Shown piece after piece: positions 1 to 8,138 of a stretch of DNA of 64,000 nt. Origin of the DNA: an uncultured virus (IMG/VR IMGVR_UViG_3300031992_002320) (lineage: Duplodnaviria > Heunggongvirae > Uroviricota > Caudoviricetes). Both the position numbers and the translations under genes were made by a program. Within the stretch, counting starts at the first letter, position 1; each line of letters opens with the position of its first letter. The notes beneath the pieces are model-generated. The model was not told the origin of the DNA. It did no database searches and was given only the letters and a program-made list of their open reading frames with translations. Location of the stretch: IMG/VR virus record IMGVR_UViG_3300031992_002320. One strand, written 5' to 3'.

Positions 1-36
1 TATGTTTCCAACACCAATGTTAGTGATTCCTACTAA
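1..36 (+). CDS. 3' end of an upstream CDS (partial)
   Basis: Open frame YVSNTNVSDSY ending TAA at 34-36, followed by a terminator. Confidence 0.4.
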   Translation, partial: YVSNTNVSDSY

Positions 37-56
37 GGTTTGATGTTTTGATATGA

Positions 57-103
57 GCAGCCTACCATCTGATGTATTTAGGTGGTAGGCTGTTTTTCTT
101 TTT
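57..103 (+). terminator. Rho-independent terminator
   Basis: Stem GCAGCCTACCATCTGA (57-72) / TTAGGTGGTAGGCTGT (78-93) followed by a T-rich tract. Confidence 0.85.
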
Positions 104-111
104 GTTTTCTT

Positions 112-290
112 TGAGTCGGGTGTTAGCCTATGTTGCATATAGTGCTGAGTTTATTGTGGAGGACCTTTCGATGGTGTTGTTGTGGCTCATATCGAAGTTG
201 GACAAGGACAGTGACTTTGGTAAGTGGTTATCGGATGTGTTCAAGTGGTAGTTATTCAGCGAGGGCCGTTTTGGTGATGCACCCGACTCA
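112..290 (+). ncRNA. Candidate structured RNA: 179-nt rod with central bubble (6S-like shape, or structured small-ORF mRNA)
   Basis: TGAGTCGGGTGT (112-123) pairs with GCACCCGACTCA (279-290); GCTGAGT (143-149) pairs with ATTCAGC (254-260); largely unpaired region between the two helices. Confidence 0.45.
171..251 (+). CDS. Possible 26 aa peptide MVLLWLISKLDKDSDFGKWLSDVFKW
   Basis: GGAGG at 158-162, ATG 171, TAG 249-251; below the ORF-track cutoff; lies inside the RNA rod. Confidence 0.35.
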   Translation: MVLLWLISKLDKDSDFGKWLSDVFKW

Positions 291-298
291 TTGAATAT

Positions 299-477
299 CA
301 ACGCCATTAAGTTAAGGGGTTGAGTAGCTCGACGAGGCGTAAGAGTTGCGGATAAGATGCTCCTAATAATAGCCGGAATTGCTGTTTAAGTCAGCCGCGT
401 AAGTTGCATCACTGATAAGCTCCGGCATCGCTGCAAGGTTCGAATCCTTGTCTTAACTCCTTAATTTAATGGCGTTG
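299..477 (+). ncRNA. tRNA/tmRNA-like RNA (core 316-460) within a 26-bp closing stem
   Basis: T-arm CAAGG-TTCGAAT-CCTTG (434-450); GGGGTTGAG (316-324) pairs with CTTAACTCC (452-460) with G3:U; TAGCTC...GAGT D-arm-like element; no canonical anticodon arm and no encoded CCA. Confidence 0.6.
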
Positions 478-487
478 TTGAATATAT

Positions 488-793
488 TTGGGGGTGTTGA
501 TTTTGGAGGAGGAGGTTCTTGAGTTCATTCATCGGAGGTTTCCGAGTGATTGTTCTTGGTGTTCGGGGAACTGTTATTTCTTTGGTGTGATCCTCTTGGC
601 AAGATTCCCGGAGGGGAAGCTTTTGTATGATGTGATTGATGGGCATTTTGTGGTTCGTATAGGGGATGCCTATTATGACTGGACTGGGAAGGTGGATATG
701 CCTTATGTGGAGCATTATCTCGTTGAGTGGGATAAGTTCGATGAGTATGACTCCTTGTGGAAGGAGCGTATAGTCAGGGATTGTGTGATGTAA
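488..793 (+). CDS. Small hypothetical protein with possible Cys-His-Asp triad
   Basis: GNCYFF, GHFV and YYDW motifs; start codon uncertain. Confidence 0.7.
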   Translation: MGVLILEEEVLEFIHRRFPSDCSWCSGNCYFFGVILLARFPEGKLLYDVIDGHFVVRIGDAYYDWTGKVDMPYVEHYLVEWDKFDEYDSLWKERIVRDCVM

Positions 794-800
794 ATTGTTG

Positions 801-829
801 TTGACAGTAATGTTTTATTGTGTTATATT
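801..829 (+). promoter_or_regulatory. Sigma-A/70 promoter with extended -10
   Basis: TTGACA 801-806, 17-nt spacer, TG at 821-822, TATATT 824-829; GAGG RBS then ATG 859. Confidence 0.8.
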
Positions 830-858
830 GGTTTTGGGTAGATTAGAGGTATTTTAGC

Positions 859-1392
859 ATGGGTTCTGACTTTTTGGACGATGGATATGATGATATATTT
901 GGGCCGCCCGATGATGCCGAGTTTGAAGAGCCCGAAGATGCTTTCGAGGAAGGTGCCGAGGGTGCGTCAGAGGGGGCTGAAAATGGTTTGAAAGGTGTTG
1001 AGGGTGCCAAAGGAGTGCCTGAAGGGGGTGTTTCAGGTGTTGAAGCATCTTCCGGGGGTGCCGAGGAGGCTCCAAATTCGCCCAATTTGGCTTCCAAGGC
1101 AGATTCAGTGGTTTCTCCTACCTCTGATGTTCCAAATCCGTCTGTGGGGCCGTCTGGTGTGTCAGATTCGGGTTCTGTGGGTGGTTCAGATGATGATCTT
1201 GATATTTCTGCCTTTGCTGCGGCGTATGGGGCAGGAAATGCCTCAGAGGGGGCCACGGAGGATTCCGTGGAGGCTTCCGAGGATGCTGGTGCCCCACAGG
1301 GGGCGGTGAGGTCTGCTGGGCCTACTGGATTGTATTCTAATAGGGGTTTAGGTGCCCTTGCAAATAAGATTGTTGGATTGTTTACGAAATAA
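859..1392 (+). CDS. Acidic low-complexity protein with C-terminal amphipathic helix
   Basis: D/E/G/S/A-rich body; ends GLGALANKIVGLFTK. Confidence 0.75.
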   Translation: MGSDFLDDGYDDIFGPPDDAEFEEPEDAFEEGAEGASEGAENGLKGVEGAKGVPEGGVSGVEASSGGAEEAPNSPNLASKADSVVSPTSDVPNPSVGPSGVSDSGSVGGSDDDLDISAFAAAYGAGNASEGATEDSVEASEDAGAPQGAVRSAGPTGLYSNRGLGALANKIVGLFTK

Positions 1393-1413
1393 AAGATTGG
1401 AGGGTTTTGTTAT

Positions 1414-2082
1414 ATGGCTGAGTCAGTTGGATTGGATGCTTATGTTGGTGCTGGGAAGACCACGGCGGAGAGTGTTGATGGTTTCGGAGTTGATGCTTGG
1501 ATGCTGAGGGTTGTGTCCCGATTATTTGATTTTAGGGGCAAGGTTGGTCGATCAGGTCAGCCCAATAAGCGTACACCCGTGGGTTATCGTGTGGAGAACA
1601 TCGGTGATCGTGTGATTCTGGTGCGTAGAAACTGTATTGACTCGACTGGGGTTGGTACTTTTGAGAGGGTTGATCAGTTGGCTCCCGGAGGAACCTTGGC
1701 GCTCAGTTCATATGAGCTTGCGAGACTTCTTGCAAGATCTGAGTTTGGGTTTATGACCTCCAATGGTTATATGACTGGTAAGTATCGTCATGTCACCGCT
1801 GGTGGTGATGTATCTGGGGCTGTTAGGGATTATCTCGGTTCGAGGTATTTTGTATGTCCGGGGGATAGTTTACCTTCGGAGTCCATCAATGTGAGCATGA
1901 CGGATCTTTCTGTTCGTGAGGAGTTCCGTGAGACCTTTGGTGATATGGCGGTTGATTCAGCGTCGGGTGGTAGAGTATCTGCTGTTGTACAGGCCGATGC
2001 TGATTTTCTGCAGTTGCTTGAGGAGAATAACATGATGGATGTTGTGAGTGTTGATTCTGTACCGGGTGATGAGGAGGAATAA
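1414..2082 (+). CDS. Hypothetical protein
   Basis: 222 aa ORF with GGAGG RBS and element-typical codon use. Confidence 0.8.
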   Translation: MAESVGLDAYVGAGKTTAESVDGFGVDAWMLRVVSRLFDFRGKVGRSGQPNKRTPVGYRVENIGDRVILVRRNCIDSTGVGTFERVDQLAPGGTLALSSYELARLLARSEFGFMTSNGYMTGKYRHVTAGGDVSGAVRDYLGSRYFVCPGDSLPSESINVSMTDLSVREEFRETFGDMAVDSASGGRVSAVVQADADFLQLLEENNMMDVVSVDSVPGDEEE

Positions 2083-2084
2083 TT

Positions 2085-2825
2085 ATGAGACGTCGTTGTT
2101 TGTGTGGTGTTCTTGTTTTGAGCTGTGTGTTGGCATTGGCTGGTTGTAAGAAGGAGGAGCCCACCACGGTAGGTGGCCTTTCTGATAACACCGTGGATAC
2201 AGTGGTTCAGGAGACTGTTTCTTCGGATACTGTTACAACTACCGATGGTGAGGAGGTTGAGATTACGGTTGATGCCTCTGATGATGAGACGGTTGAGGAA
2301 GCGGTTGATGAGATCTTCCATGCGGATGAGGGTGGAGATACAAGTGATTTCAAGGTTGGTACCCGTATGGGTGTTTCGGGTACTGGTGGTTTCATCGTTG
2401 TTGATGGCGTAGGTATTTATGCGGATCTCGGAGCTATCATGACTCCGAAGGGAACTCCTACGACGGGTGTGTTGGAGGAGGATACGGATCTCGATGGCAG
2501 AGCGGATGTTTCCACTGCTGTTGTCAATTATGTTTCTGTGGGTGATGCGTTCTATGGGGCCTATCTTCAGGGTTTTGTAGGGGGTACTAATTCAGCCCTT
2601 TTCAAAGATTATTGTTCGACCAAGAAGGGATCTACCGAGGTTGGTGGTTTTAAGTTTGACTTATACGGCAATAAGTATGATGCCGTGGCCTACTGTGCTG
2701 ACCTTGATTGTATGATCGTGTTCAACACTATGCCTCTTGATGATTCTGTTGAGGCGGATGCGGCATATAAGAACCTTGAGTATTTCATGGATAATTTCGT
2801 ATTCGGTGTTGATATGAATAAATAA
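2085..2825 (+). CDS. Putative lipoprotein
   Basis: Basic N-terminus, hydrophobic stretch, lipobox LAGC, acidic Thr-rich linker. Confidence 0.75.
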   Translation: MRRRCLCGVLVLSCVLALAGCKKEEPTTVGGLSDNTVDTVVQETVSSDTVTTTDGEEVEITVDASDDETVEEAVDEIFHADEGGDTSDFKVGTRMGVSGTGGFIVVDGVGIYADLGAIMTPKGTPTTGVLEEDTDLDGRADVSTAVVNYVSVGDAFYGAYLQGFVGGTNSALFKDYCSTKKGSTEVGGFKFDLYGNKYDAVAYCADLDCMIVFNTMPLDDSVEADAAYKNLEYFMDNFVFGVDMNK

Positions 2826-2844
2826 ATGATTTGGAGGACTTACT

Positions 2845-3699
2845 TTGAAGGTTTTAAGTTTATTTGATGGTATATCTTGTGGGATGGTTGCACTTGAGCG
2901 TTGTGGTTTTCCGGTTGAGCGTTATGTGGCGTATGAGATTGAGGAATCCGCTGTTCGCATTAGTGAGCGCAACTATCCCTTTATTGAGCATCGTGGGGAT
3001 GTGTTCAAGGCGGACTTTAAGGAGTTCGAGGGGTTTGACCTTTTGATTGGGGGTTCACCTTGTACTTATTGGTCCATTTCGCAGACTCATCATCGTGAGG
3101 TTACGCCCGATGGCTTCGGTGGTAAGCTCTTTATGGAGTATGTCAGGGCATTGCGTGAGAGTGGGTGCAAGTGGTTCTTGTATGAGAATAATTACTCGAT
3201 AGACCGTGGCATCAAGCGTTTCATTTCTGATGAGCTTGGTGTGGAGCCGGTCACAATCGATTCTGGTTTGGTTTGTGGTCAGCAGCGTAAGCGTTGTTAT
3301 TGGACCAACATCGGATATATTACCAAGCCGCGGGATAAGGGCATTTGTGTCCTTGATGCGATTCGTGGTACGCATGATATGTTCTGTCCGAACAGTGATC
3401 CCGTGAGGGTTGGCAAGGTAGGTCAGGGGCGACAGGGTTGTCGTATTTATAGTGCCTTGGGTAAGGGTGTGACTATGTTGGCTTCCGAGGTTCCCGGTAT
3501 CTATCGAATTCCTACCGAGGATGGTGGGTACGAGGATGTTCATCTTACGCCCGAGGAGGCGGAGAGGATGCAGACCTTGCCGGTTGGTTATACGGCTGGG
3601 GAGTCCAAGAGTGCGAGGTATCATGGTATCGGCAATGGTTGGACAGTTGATGTTATCTGTCATATTTTGAATCACATACCTGAGTCTCAGCGTGTGTGA
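2845..3699 (+). CDS. DNA (cytosine-5) methyltransferase, orphan
   Basis: Motif I LSLFDGISCG, catalytic GGSPC, ENN, QQRKRCYW, ERMQTLP, GNGW; TTG start with GGAGG. Confidence 0.92.
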   Translation: MKVLSLFDGISCGMVALERCGFPVERYVAYEIEESAVRISERNYPFIEHRGDVFKADFKEFEGFDLLIGGSPCTYWSISQTHHREVTPDGFGGKLFMEYVRALRESGCKWFLYENNYSIDRGIKRFISDELGVEPVTIDSGLVCGQQRKRCYWTNIGYITKPRDKGICVLDAIRGTHDMFCPNSDPVRVGKVGQGRQGCRIYSALGKGVTMLASEVPGIYRIPTEDGGYEDVHLTPEEAERMQTLPVGYTAGESKSARYHGIGNGWTVDVICHILNHIPESQRV

Positions 3700-3739
3700 T
3701 TTTGGTATTTGTGTATATTGAGGATTTGGAGGGTTTCTA

Positions 3740-4843
3740 ATGGCTGACAGTTTGTATCGTAAGTATAGACCTGTGTCTTTGGATGATTATTCGTCTGATA
3801 AGATTAAGATGCGCGTTCGTGGTTTGATGCAGGGTGGTGTTGAAAACTTACCCCACTTTTGGATCATTGCTGGTACGCATGGTTGTGGTAAGACCACATT
3901 GGCGAGGATCATGGCAAGGGTTCTGATGTGTACTAATCCGGTTAATGGTGATGCATGTGGGGAGTGTCCTACTTGTAAGGCCATGGAGGATTTCATCTTG
4001 ACAGGTGATCCCGTGCCGGGTGTTGAGGAGGTTAATGTAGCTTCCGAGGGTGGCAAGGCATCTTTGATAAGTACCATTACCAAGGCTTCGGAGCCTTCGT
4101 TTTTGTCACAGCGTACGATACTTATTCTGGATGAGGTTCAGAATGCATCTGTTCAAGGTCAGCAGGCCTTGCTTAAGCCATTGGAGGATATTCCCGATCA
4201 TCTGTTTGTTTTGATGGCTACTACGGAGATCAATAAGATTCTCCCTACGATACAGAGCCGTGCGGGTGTTACCATTCGTGTTACGGCTCATCCGGTGCCT
4301 GAGGTTGTTGGAAGGTTGGACAAGGTCTGCAAGGCGGAGGGTATCAAGGCCACGAAGGGTGCGTTGCGTTTGATAGCAAGGCATGAGGGTGGTATTTTCC
4401 GTGATAGTTTCAACCGTTTGGAGCAGGCTGCTGCCGCTGTGCATGGTGGGACTATCCGTGAAGAGGATGTTTTGGGGCTCTATGATATAGTGCCCGTGGA
4501 TATGTACTTGAATTTCCTTAATGCGTGTGAGAAGGGGGATTTGAGTGAGGCGTACTTGATTATCCGACGCATTGTTGGTTCGGGTGTGGATCCGGCGGCA
4601 TACATCTTGGGTATGTTGGGTGAGATTACGGAGGCCGTGGACAGTTGTTATTCTGGTGGGGCTTCTGGTGGTCTTGTGGATTGGGTTAAGGCACACGATG
4701 ACGGGTTAATTTTTCGGATTATGAGATTGCTCGGTAATCATAGTGTACATCCTACATCGACTGTTGGGGGTGTGCGTGTAAGTGTGGACAGTGAATTCTT
4801 CTATCTTGCCGCGTGTATGGTGGAAGTATTTAATGGTAAATAG
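3740..4843 (+). CDS. dnaX: DNA polymerase III gamma/tau-like clamp loader ATPase (short form)
   Basis: LYRKYRP, Walker A GTHGCGKTT, Zn motif C...CGECPTC, LDEVQ, ALLKPLE, TIQSR. Confidence 0.88.
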   Translation: MADSLYRKYRPVSLDDYSSDKIKMRVRGLMQGGVENLPHFWIIAGTHGCGKTTLARIMARVLMCTNPVNGDACGECPTCKAMEDFILTGDPVPGVEEVNVASEGGKASLISTITKASEPSFLSQRTILILDEVQNASVQGQQALLKPLEDIPDHLFVLMATTEINKILPTIQSRAGVTIRVTAHPVPEVVGRLDKVCKAEGIKATKGALRLIARHEGGIFRDSFNRLEQAAAAVHGGTIREEDVLGLYDIVPVDMYLNFLNACEKGDLSEAYLIIRRIVGSGVDPAAYILGMLGEITEAVDSCYSGGASGGLVDWVKAHDDGLIFRIMRLLGNHSVHPTSTVGGVRVSVDSEFFYLAACMVEVFNGK

Positions 4844-4859
4844 TTGAGGAGGTTTCGTT

Positions 4860-5768
4860 ATGAAGAAGAGACTATTGGTAAGTTTTGTGACTGGGTTGAT
4901 GCTCGTCAATATGTTCAGCATGACCGTATTTGCGTCTGGTGGAGATACTGATACAACTCCTACCACGGAGGTTACTACGGAGACCACCACGGAGGATACT
5001 GGTACTTCCACATCCGATGGTTCTGTAGAGAGTATCTTCAAGCCGGTGTCTGATCCCATTGAGATTGGTACTACCGATCCGGGTACTGGTGGTAGTGATA
5101 CTGGTACTACTGTTGATCAGGGTGGTGATACTCTTTCTGGATATGGCATCGATACTGTTCAGCCCATTCACGATGAGAAGGCTGATGCGGTTGCAGCCAA
5201 GATTAAGAAGGTTGGTGGTACTTTGACAACTATCTTCATTGCCTTGCTTATGGCGGGTATGTCGGTAGGGGTTATCATTGACCTTATCTATATTGCAACT
5301 CCCCTTAAGGGATTGCTTGATTCCCTTGCTAACTCTGGTATCTACCTCGTAAGTATGGAGGCATATCAGGCTGCTGGTCAGATGGGTATGGGCCGTGGTC
5401 GTGGTATGGGAGGCAGAGGCATGGGCATGGGCCGTCGTGGTATGATGGGCGGTGGCATGGGCATGGGCATGGGTGCCGGAGGTATGGGCATGGGTGCTGG
5501 TGGCATGGGTATGGGTGCCGGTGGCATGGGCATGGCTGGTGGCATGGGCATGGATCCTATGGCTGGTGGTATGGCTGGTCCTCAGGCGGGTATGCATGGT
5601 GCTGGTGGTGGAGGCGTCAAGATGTATTGCAAGGCGGTTCTCGGTAAGTTCATCCTTGTAGCATTTATGATCGTTCTCTTGTTCAGTGGTTGGGCATTCA
5701 GCCTTGGTGGTATCTTGGCCAACTGGCTTGTAAGCCTTACCTCTAATCTTGGTGGTGGTATTTTATGA
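4860..5768 (+). CDS. Membrane protein, pilin-like paralog 1, with signal peptide and Gly/Met-rich loop
   Basis: Signal peptide ending TVFA; TM-DLIYIATP...LVSMEAYQAA...MYCK-TM pattern shared with 7476 and 8139. Confidence 0.7.
   Translation: MKKRLLVSFVTGLMLVNMFSMTVFASGGDTDTTPTTEVTTETTTEDTGTSTSDGSVESIFKPVSDPIEIGTTDPGTGGSDTGTTVDQGGDTLSGYGIDTVQPIHDEKADAVAAKIKKVGGTLTTIFIALLMAGMSVGVIIDLIYIATPLKGLLDSLANSGIYLVSMEAYQAAGQMGMGRGRGMGGRGMGMGRRGMMGGGMGMGMGAGGMGMGAGGMGMGAGGMGMAGGMGMDPMAGGMAGPQAGMHGAGGGGVKMYCKAVLGKFILVAFMIVLLFSGWAFSLGGILANWLVSLTSNLGGGIL
5382..5580 (+). repeat. Intragenic degenerate repeat encoding (GMGMGAG)n / GRGMG
   Basis: ~21-bp units such as GGCATGGGCATGGGTGCCGGA tandemly repeated around 5454-5550. 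Confidence 0.85.
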
Positions 5769-6076
5769 GTTTGATGTCGGAGTTGTTTCCGTGGTCCTAT
5801 CGAGCTTGGAAGAGTCGTCGTGAGGATCGGAGCCGAGTGGCTCGTAATCGAGATCATGTAGTTAATATGATGGACCAGAGGCGTCATGAGCAGGCCGTGT
5901 TCACTGGTGTGAATGATCTTTGTTTGAAGATATTTCAGTGTTCGGGTACCAAGTTCATTGACCTCTCTGTTCCACCGGAGGATTTCAACATTGTTGTTGG
6001 TATGCTCGCAGGCAATCGGTTCTTGTACAAGGGGCAGATTGTTGGAGATAAAATAAGGTTTTTTAAGGAATTTTGA
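5765..6076 (+). CDS. Hypothetical protein
   Basis: 103 aa ORF overlapping the previous stop (ATGA). Confidence 0.65.
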   Translation: MSLMSELFPWSYRAWKSRREDRSRVARNRDHVVNMMDQRRHEQAVFTGVNDLCLKIFQCSGTKFIDLSVPPEDFNIVVGMLAGNRFLYKGQIVGDKIRFFKEF

Positions 6077-6093
6077 TTTGGGGGTGTTTCTTT

Positions 6094-6339
6094 ATGAGAA
6101 GTGCAGTGATTGAGGGGATAGCTAAGCGTTGTGGTTTACCTAAGACTGTGGTTCGCAAGGTTCTTCAGGCAGAGTTCGATACCTGTGTTGAGTTGCTCGC
6201 CAAGGGTGAGGGTGTCAGCATAAATGGTGTAGGTATCTCTTATCGTAGTGATACTCCACAGGATGCGGGTTCTGCGAAGCGTTTTCGTGCGATGGTCAGT
6301 GATAGACTTCGTTCTGCGGTGCTTGAGCGTACAAAATAA
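6094..6339 (+). CDS. HU/IHF-like DNA-binding protein (divergent)
   Basis: VIEGIAKRCGLPKTVVRKVL...ELLAKGEGVSINGVG matches the HU helix-helix-strand pattern; shortened arm; start moved to ATG 6094. Confidence 0.65.
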   Translation: MRSAVIEGIAKRCGLPKTVVRKVLQAEFDTCVELLAKGEGVSINGVGISYRSDTPQDAGSAKRFRAMVSDRLRSAVLERTK

Positions 6340-6371
6340 AATACTGATTTTGATGATTTGGAGGTTGTGGT

Positions 6372-7460
6372 ATGGGCGTAAGCTACAGTTTTAGGGGTGA
6401 TAGGCTTCTCAATCGTGTTGAGAAGAGGGTTGTGCAGGATCGTGTTCGTCTGTCGAAGGATTTGAGGGACATGATAAAGATGGCGAATAGTAATCGCTGT
6501 TGCTATTGTGGTGATAAGTTCGATGGAGGTACCATCGATCATTTCATTCCTATCGCGCGTGGTGGCTCAAATAATCACGATAACCTCCTACCCGCGTGTG
6601 CGGTTTGTAACGAGGCAAAGGGTTCGCAGGTGTGGGACACGAGTTGTCTTGCGGATAATGTGGACTCTTTGTTCCGTGATGTGGCTCAGGTACGTATAGA
6701 TGACTTCGTGGAGTATAGTCACGGTTTAAATCATTTTAGGGCTTTGGTGTGTGATCGATATTTGTTCGATATTGCGCCACTCATTTTTGTTTTTCCGAAT
6801 GGTCGTAAGGCGGCTTCGAAGGGTGTCAAGCGTAAGGGTTACAAGGTAGCGTTTGAGAGGTGTCAGATTAAGCCGGAGTTCTCTTTGGTGGGGGCATTTC
6901 AGACAGCCTTAGAGAAGCTACATATGTGTGATCATCCGGAGGATGTGCCCGAGAATTATGAGTTTCTGTGTTTGTTCACTGATTTCTTCGCGGTGACAGT
7001 GGATGGGTGTTTGGTTGGTTTCTTTGTTTTACATCCGAGTTGGGATGAGGCGGCTGGGCAGCGTGTATTCAAGGTTAATTGGTATACGCTCACGGCTTCC
7101 GTTACAGGGCTTCAGGGGTTATCTTGTTTGGATGATACTCTGATTTGGACTTTGTTACACGAGCTTGGTGGCTTTGATTATATCGGTTTCGAGTCTGGTG
7201 CGAATGCTGGTGTGGATGGTTTGTTTAAGCAGTGGGAGTATCAGTTTACGCATGATCCTTCCGAGGCAAGCGGTTTTATAGGCATCACACTTGCAGATTT
7301 TAATTATGATGAGCATCCCGATGTATTTAAAGTAGGCGGGACTCAGTTCTTGGAAAACTACTGGGTTTCCGGTGAATGCGAAGCTTGGTGTAAGAAACAT
7401 AAGAATGTGGCATGGATGAAGGATGCGTTTTGTTCCGTGTCACCTAATGTCGGTAAGTAA
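6372..7460 (+). CDS. HNH endonuclease domain protein with unknown C-terminal region
   Basis: CCYCG...TIDHFIPIARGGSNNHDNLLPACAVCNEAKG. Confidence 0.88.
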   Translation: MGVSYSFRGDRLLNRVEKRVVQDRVRLSKDLRDMIKMANSNRCCYCGDKFDGGTIDHFIPIARGGSNNHDNLLPACAVCNEAKGSQVWDTSCLADNVDSLFRDVAQVRIDDFVEYSHGLNHFRALVCDRYLFDIAPLIFVFPNGRKAASKGVKRKGYKVAFERCQIKPEFSLVGAFQTALEKLHMCDHPEDVPENYEFLCLFTDFFAVTVDGCLVGFFVLHPSWDEAAGQRVFKVNWYTLTASVTGLQGLSCLDDTLIWTLLHELGGFDYIGFESGANAGVDGLFKQWEYQFTHDPSEASGFIGITLADFNYDEHPDVFKVGGTQFLENYWVSGECEAWCKKHKNVAWMKDAFCSVSPNVGK

Positions 7461-7475
7461 TTAGGAGGAGCTATT

Positions 7476-8045
7476 ATGAATGCTGTGTATTTAAATTCAA
7501 TGTGTGGCATGTTGCTGACGGGTACTGGGGGTTTGACACCCGATACCGATAAGGCATGGGAGGTTCTGAATCCGGTTGTTGGGCCGTTCAGAATCGTATT
7601 AGGTGTTCTCTGTATCGTGGCTGCGGTTGGTATCGCGCTCTATACAGCGATGGAGATCAGTTACATCTTGTTCCCGGTTCTTCGTTCTGGGACTCCCGGA
7701 GGTGGAGGCCACGGTGGACAGGGTGGTGCCGGAGGCGGTGGTGGTGCCAAGGGTGGCATCGAGAGAATCGTTTCCGAGGAGGCTAAGTATGCTGTTAAGA
7801 CAGCAGAGACCACTCATCAGAATGCTCTCTTGATTTATTTCAAGAAGCGTGCAGTGGCGTATATCATCCTTGGTATGATGCTTGCGCTTTTGATGTCTGG
7901 TGGTATCTACAGCTTGATTTCACTTGGTGGCAAGGCTGGATCTGGTGTAACTCAGATGGTTGATGATTACACAAGTCAGGATGATTCAGGGTTCAATACT
8001 ATCTTCACTCCGGGTGGACAGCAGCAGCAACAGACAGGTCCTTAA
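7476..8045 (+). CDS. Membrane protein, pilin-like paralog 2
   Basis: TM-EISYILFP, Gly-rich loop, IVSEEAKYAV, IYFKKR-TM; strong AGGAGG RBS. Confidence 0.7.
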   Translation: MNAVYLNSMCGMLLTGTGGLTPDTDKAWEVLNPVVGPFRIVLGVLCIVAAVGIALYTAMEISYILFPVLRSGTPGGGGHGGQGGAGGGGGAKGGIERIVSEEAKYAVKTAETTHQNALLIYFKKRAVAYIILGMMLALLMSGGIYSLISLGGKAGSGVTQMVDDYTSQDDSGFNTIFTPGGQQQQQTGP

Positions 8046-8069
8046 CTGAAGATCGGTGGTTTGTTTTTG

Positions 8070-8119
8070 AGGGGACGCAATCTCTGTATTTACATTGATT
8101 GTGTTCCCTTATTTTATTT
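8070..8119 (+). terminator. Rho-independent terminator
   Basis: AGGGGACGCAATC (8070-8082) / GATTGTGTTCCCT (8097-8109) followed by TATTTTATTT. Confidence 0.75.
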
Positions 8120-8138
8120 AGTATTTTGGAGGTCTTTT

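Noticed and set aside
316..460. Canonical tRNA or YrlA-type Y RNA
   Set aside because: No 5-bp anticodon stem with a 7-nt U33 loop and too long for a tRNA; D-then-T arm order is not the permuted YrlA order; no Ro gene seen
5382..5580. Repeat tract as a CRISPR array or iteron set
   Set aside because: In-frame degenerate coding repeat without spacers; no CRISPR array or cas gene seen in the window
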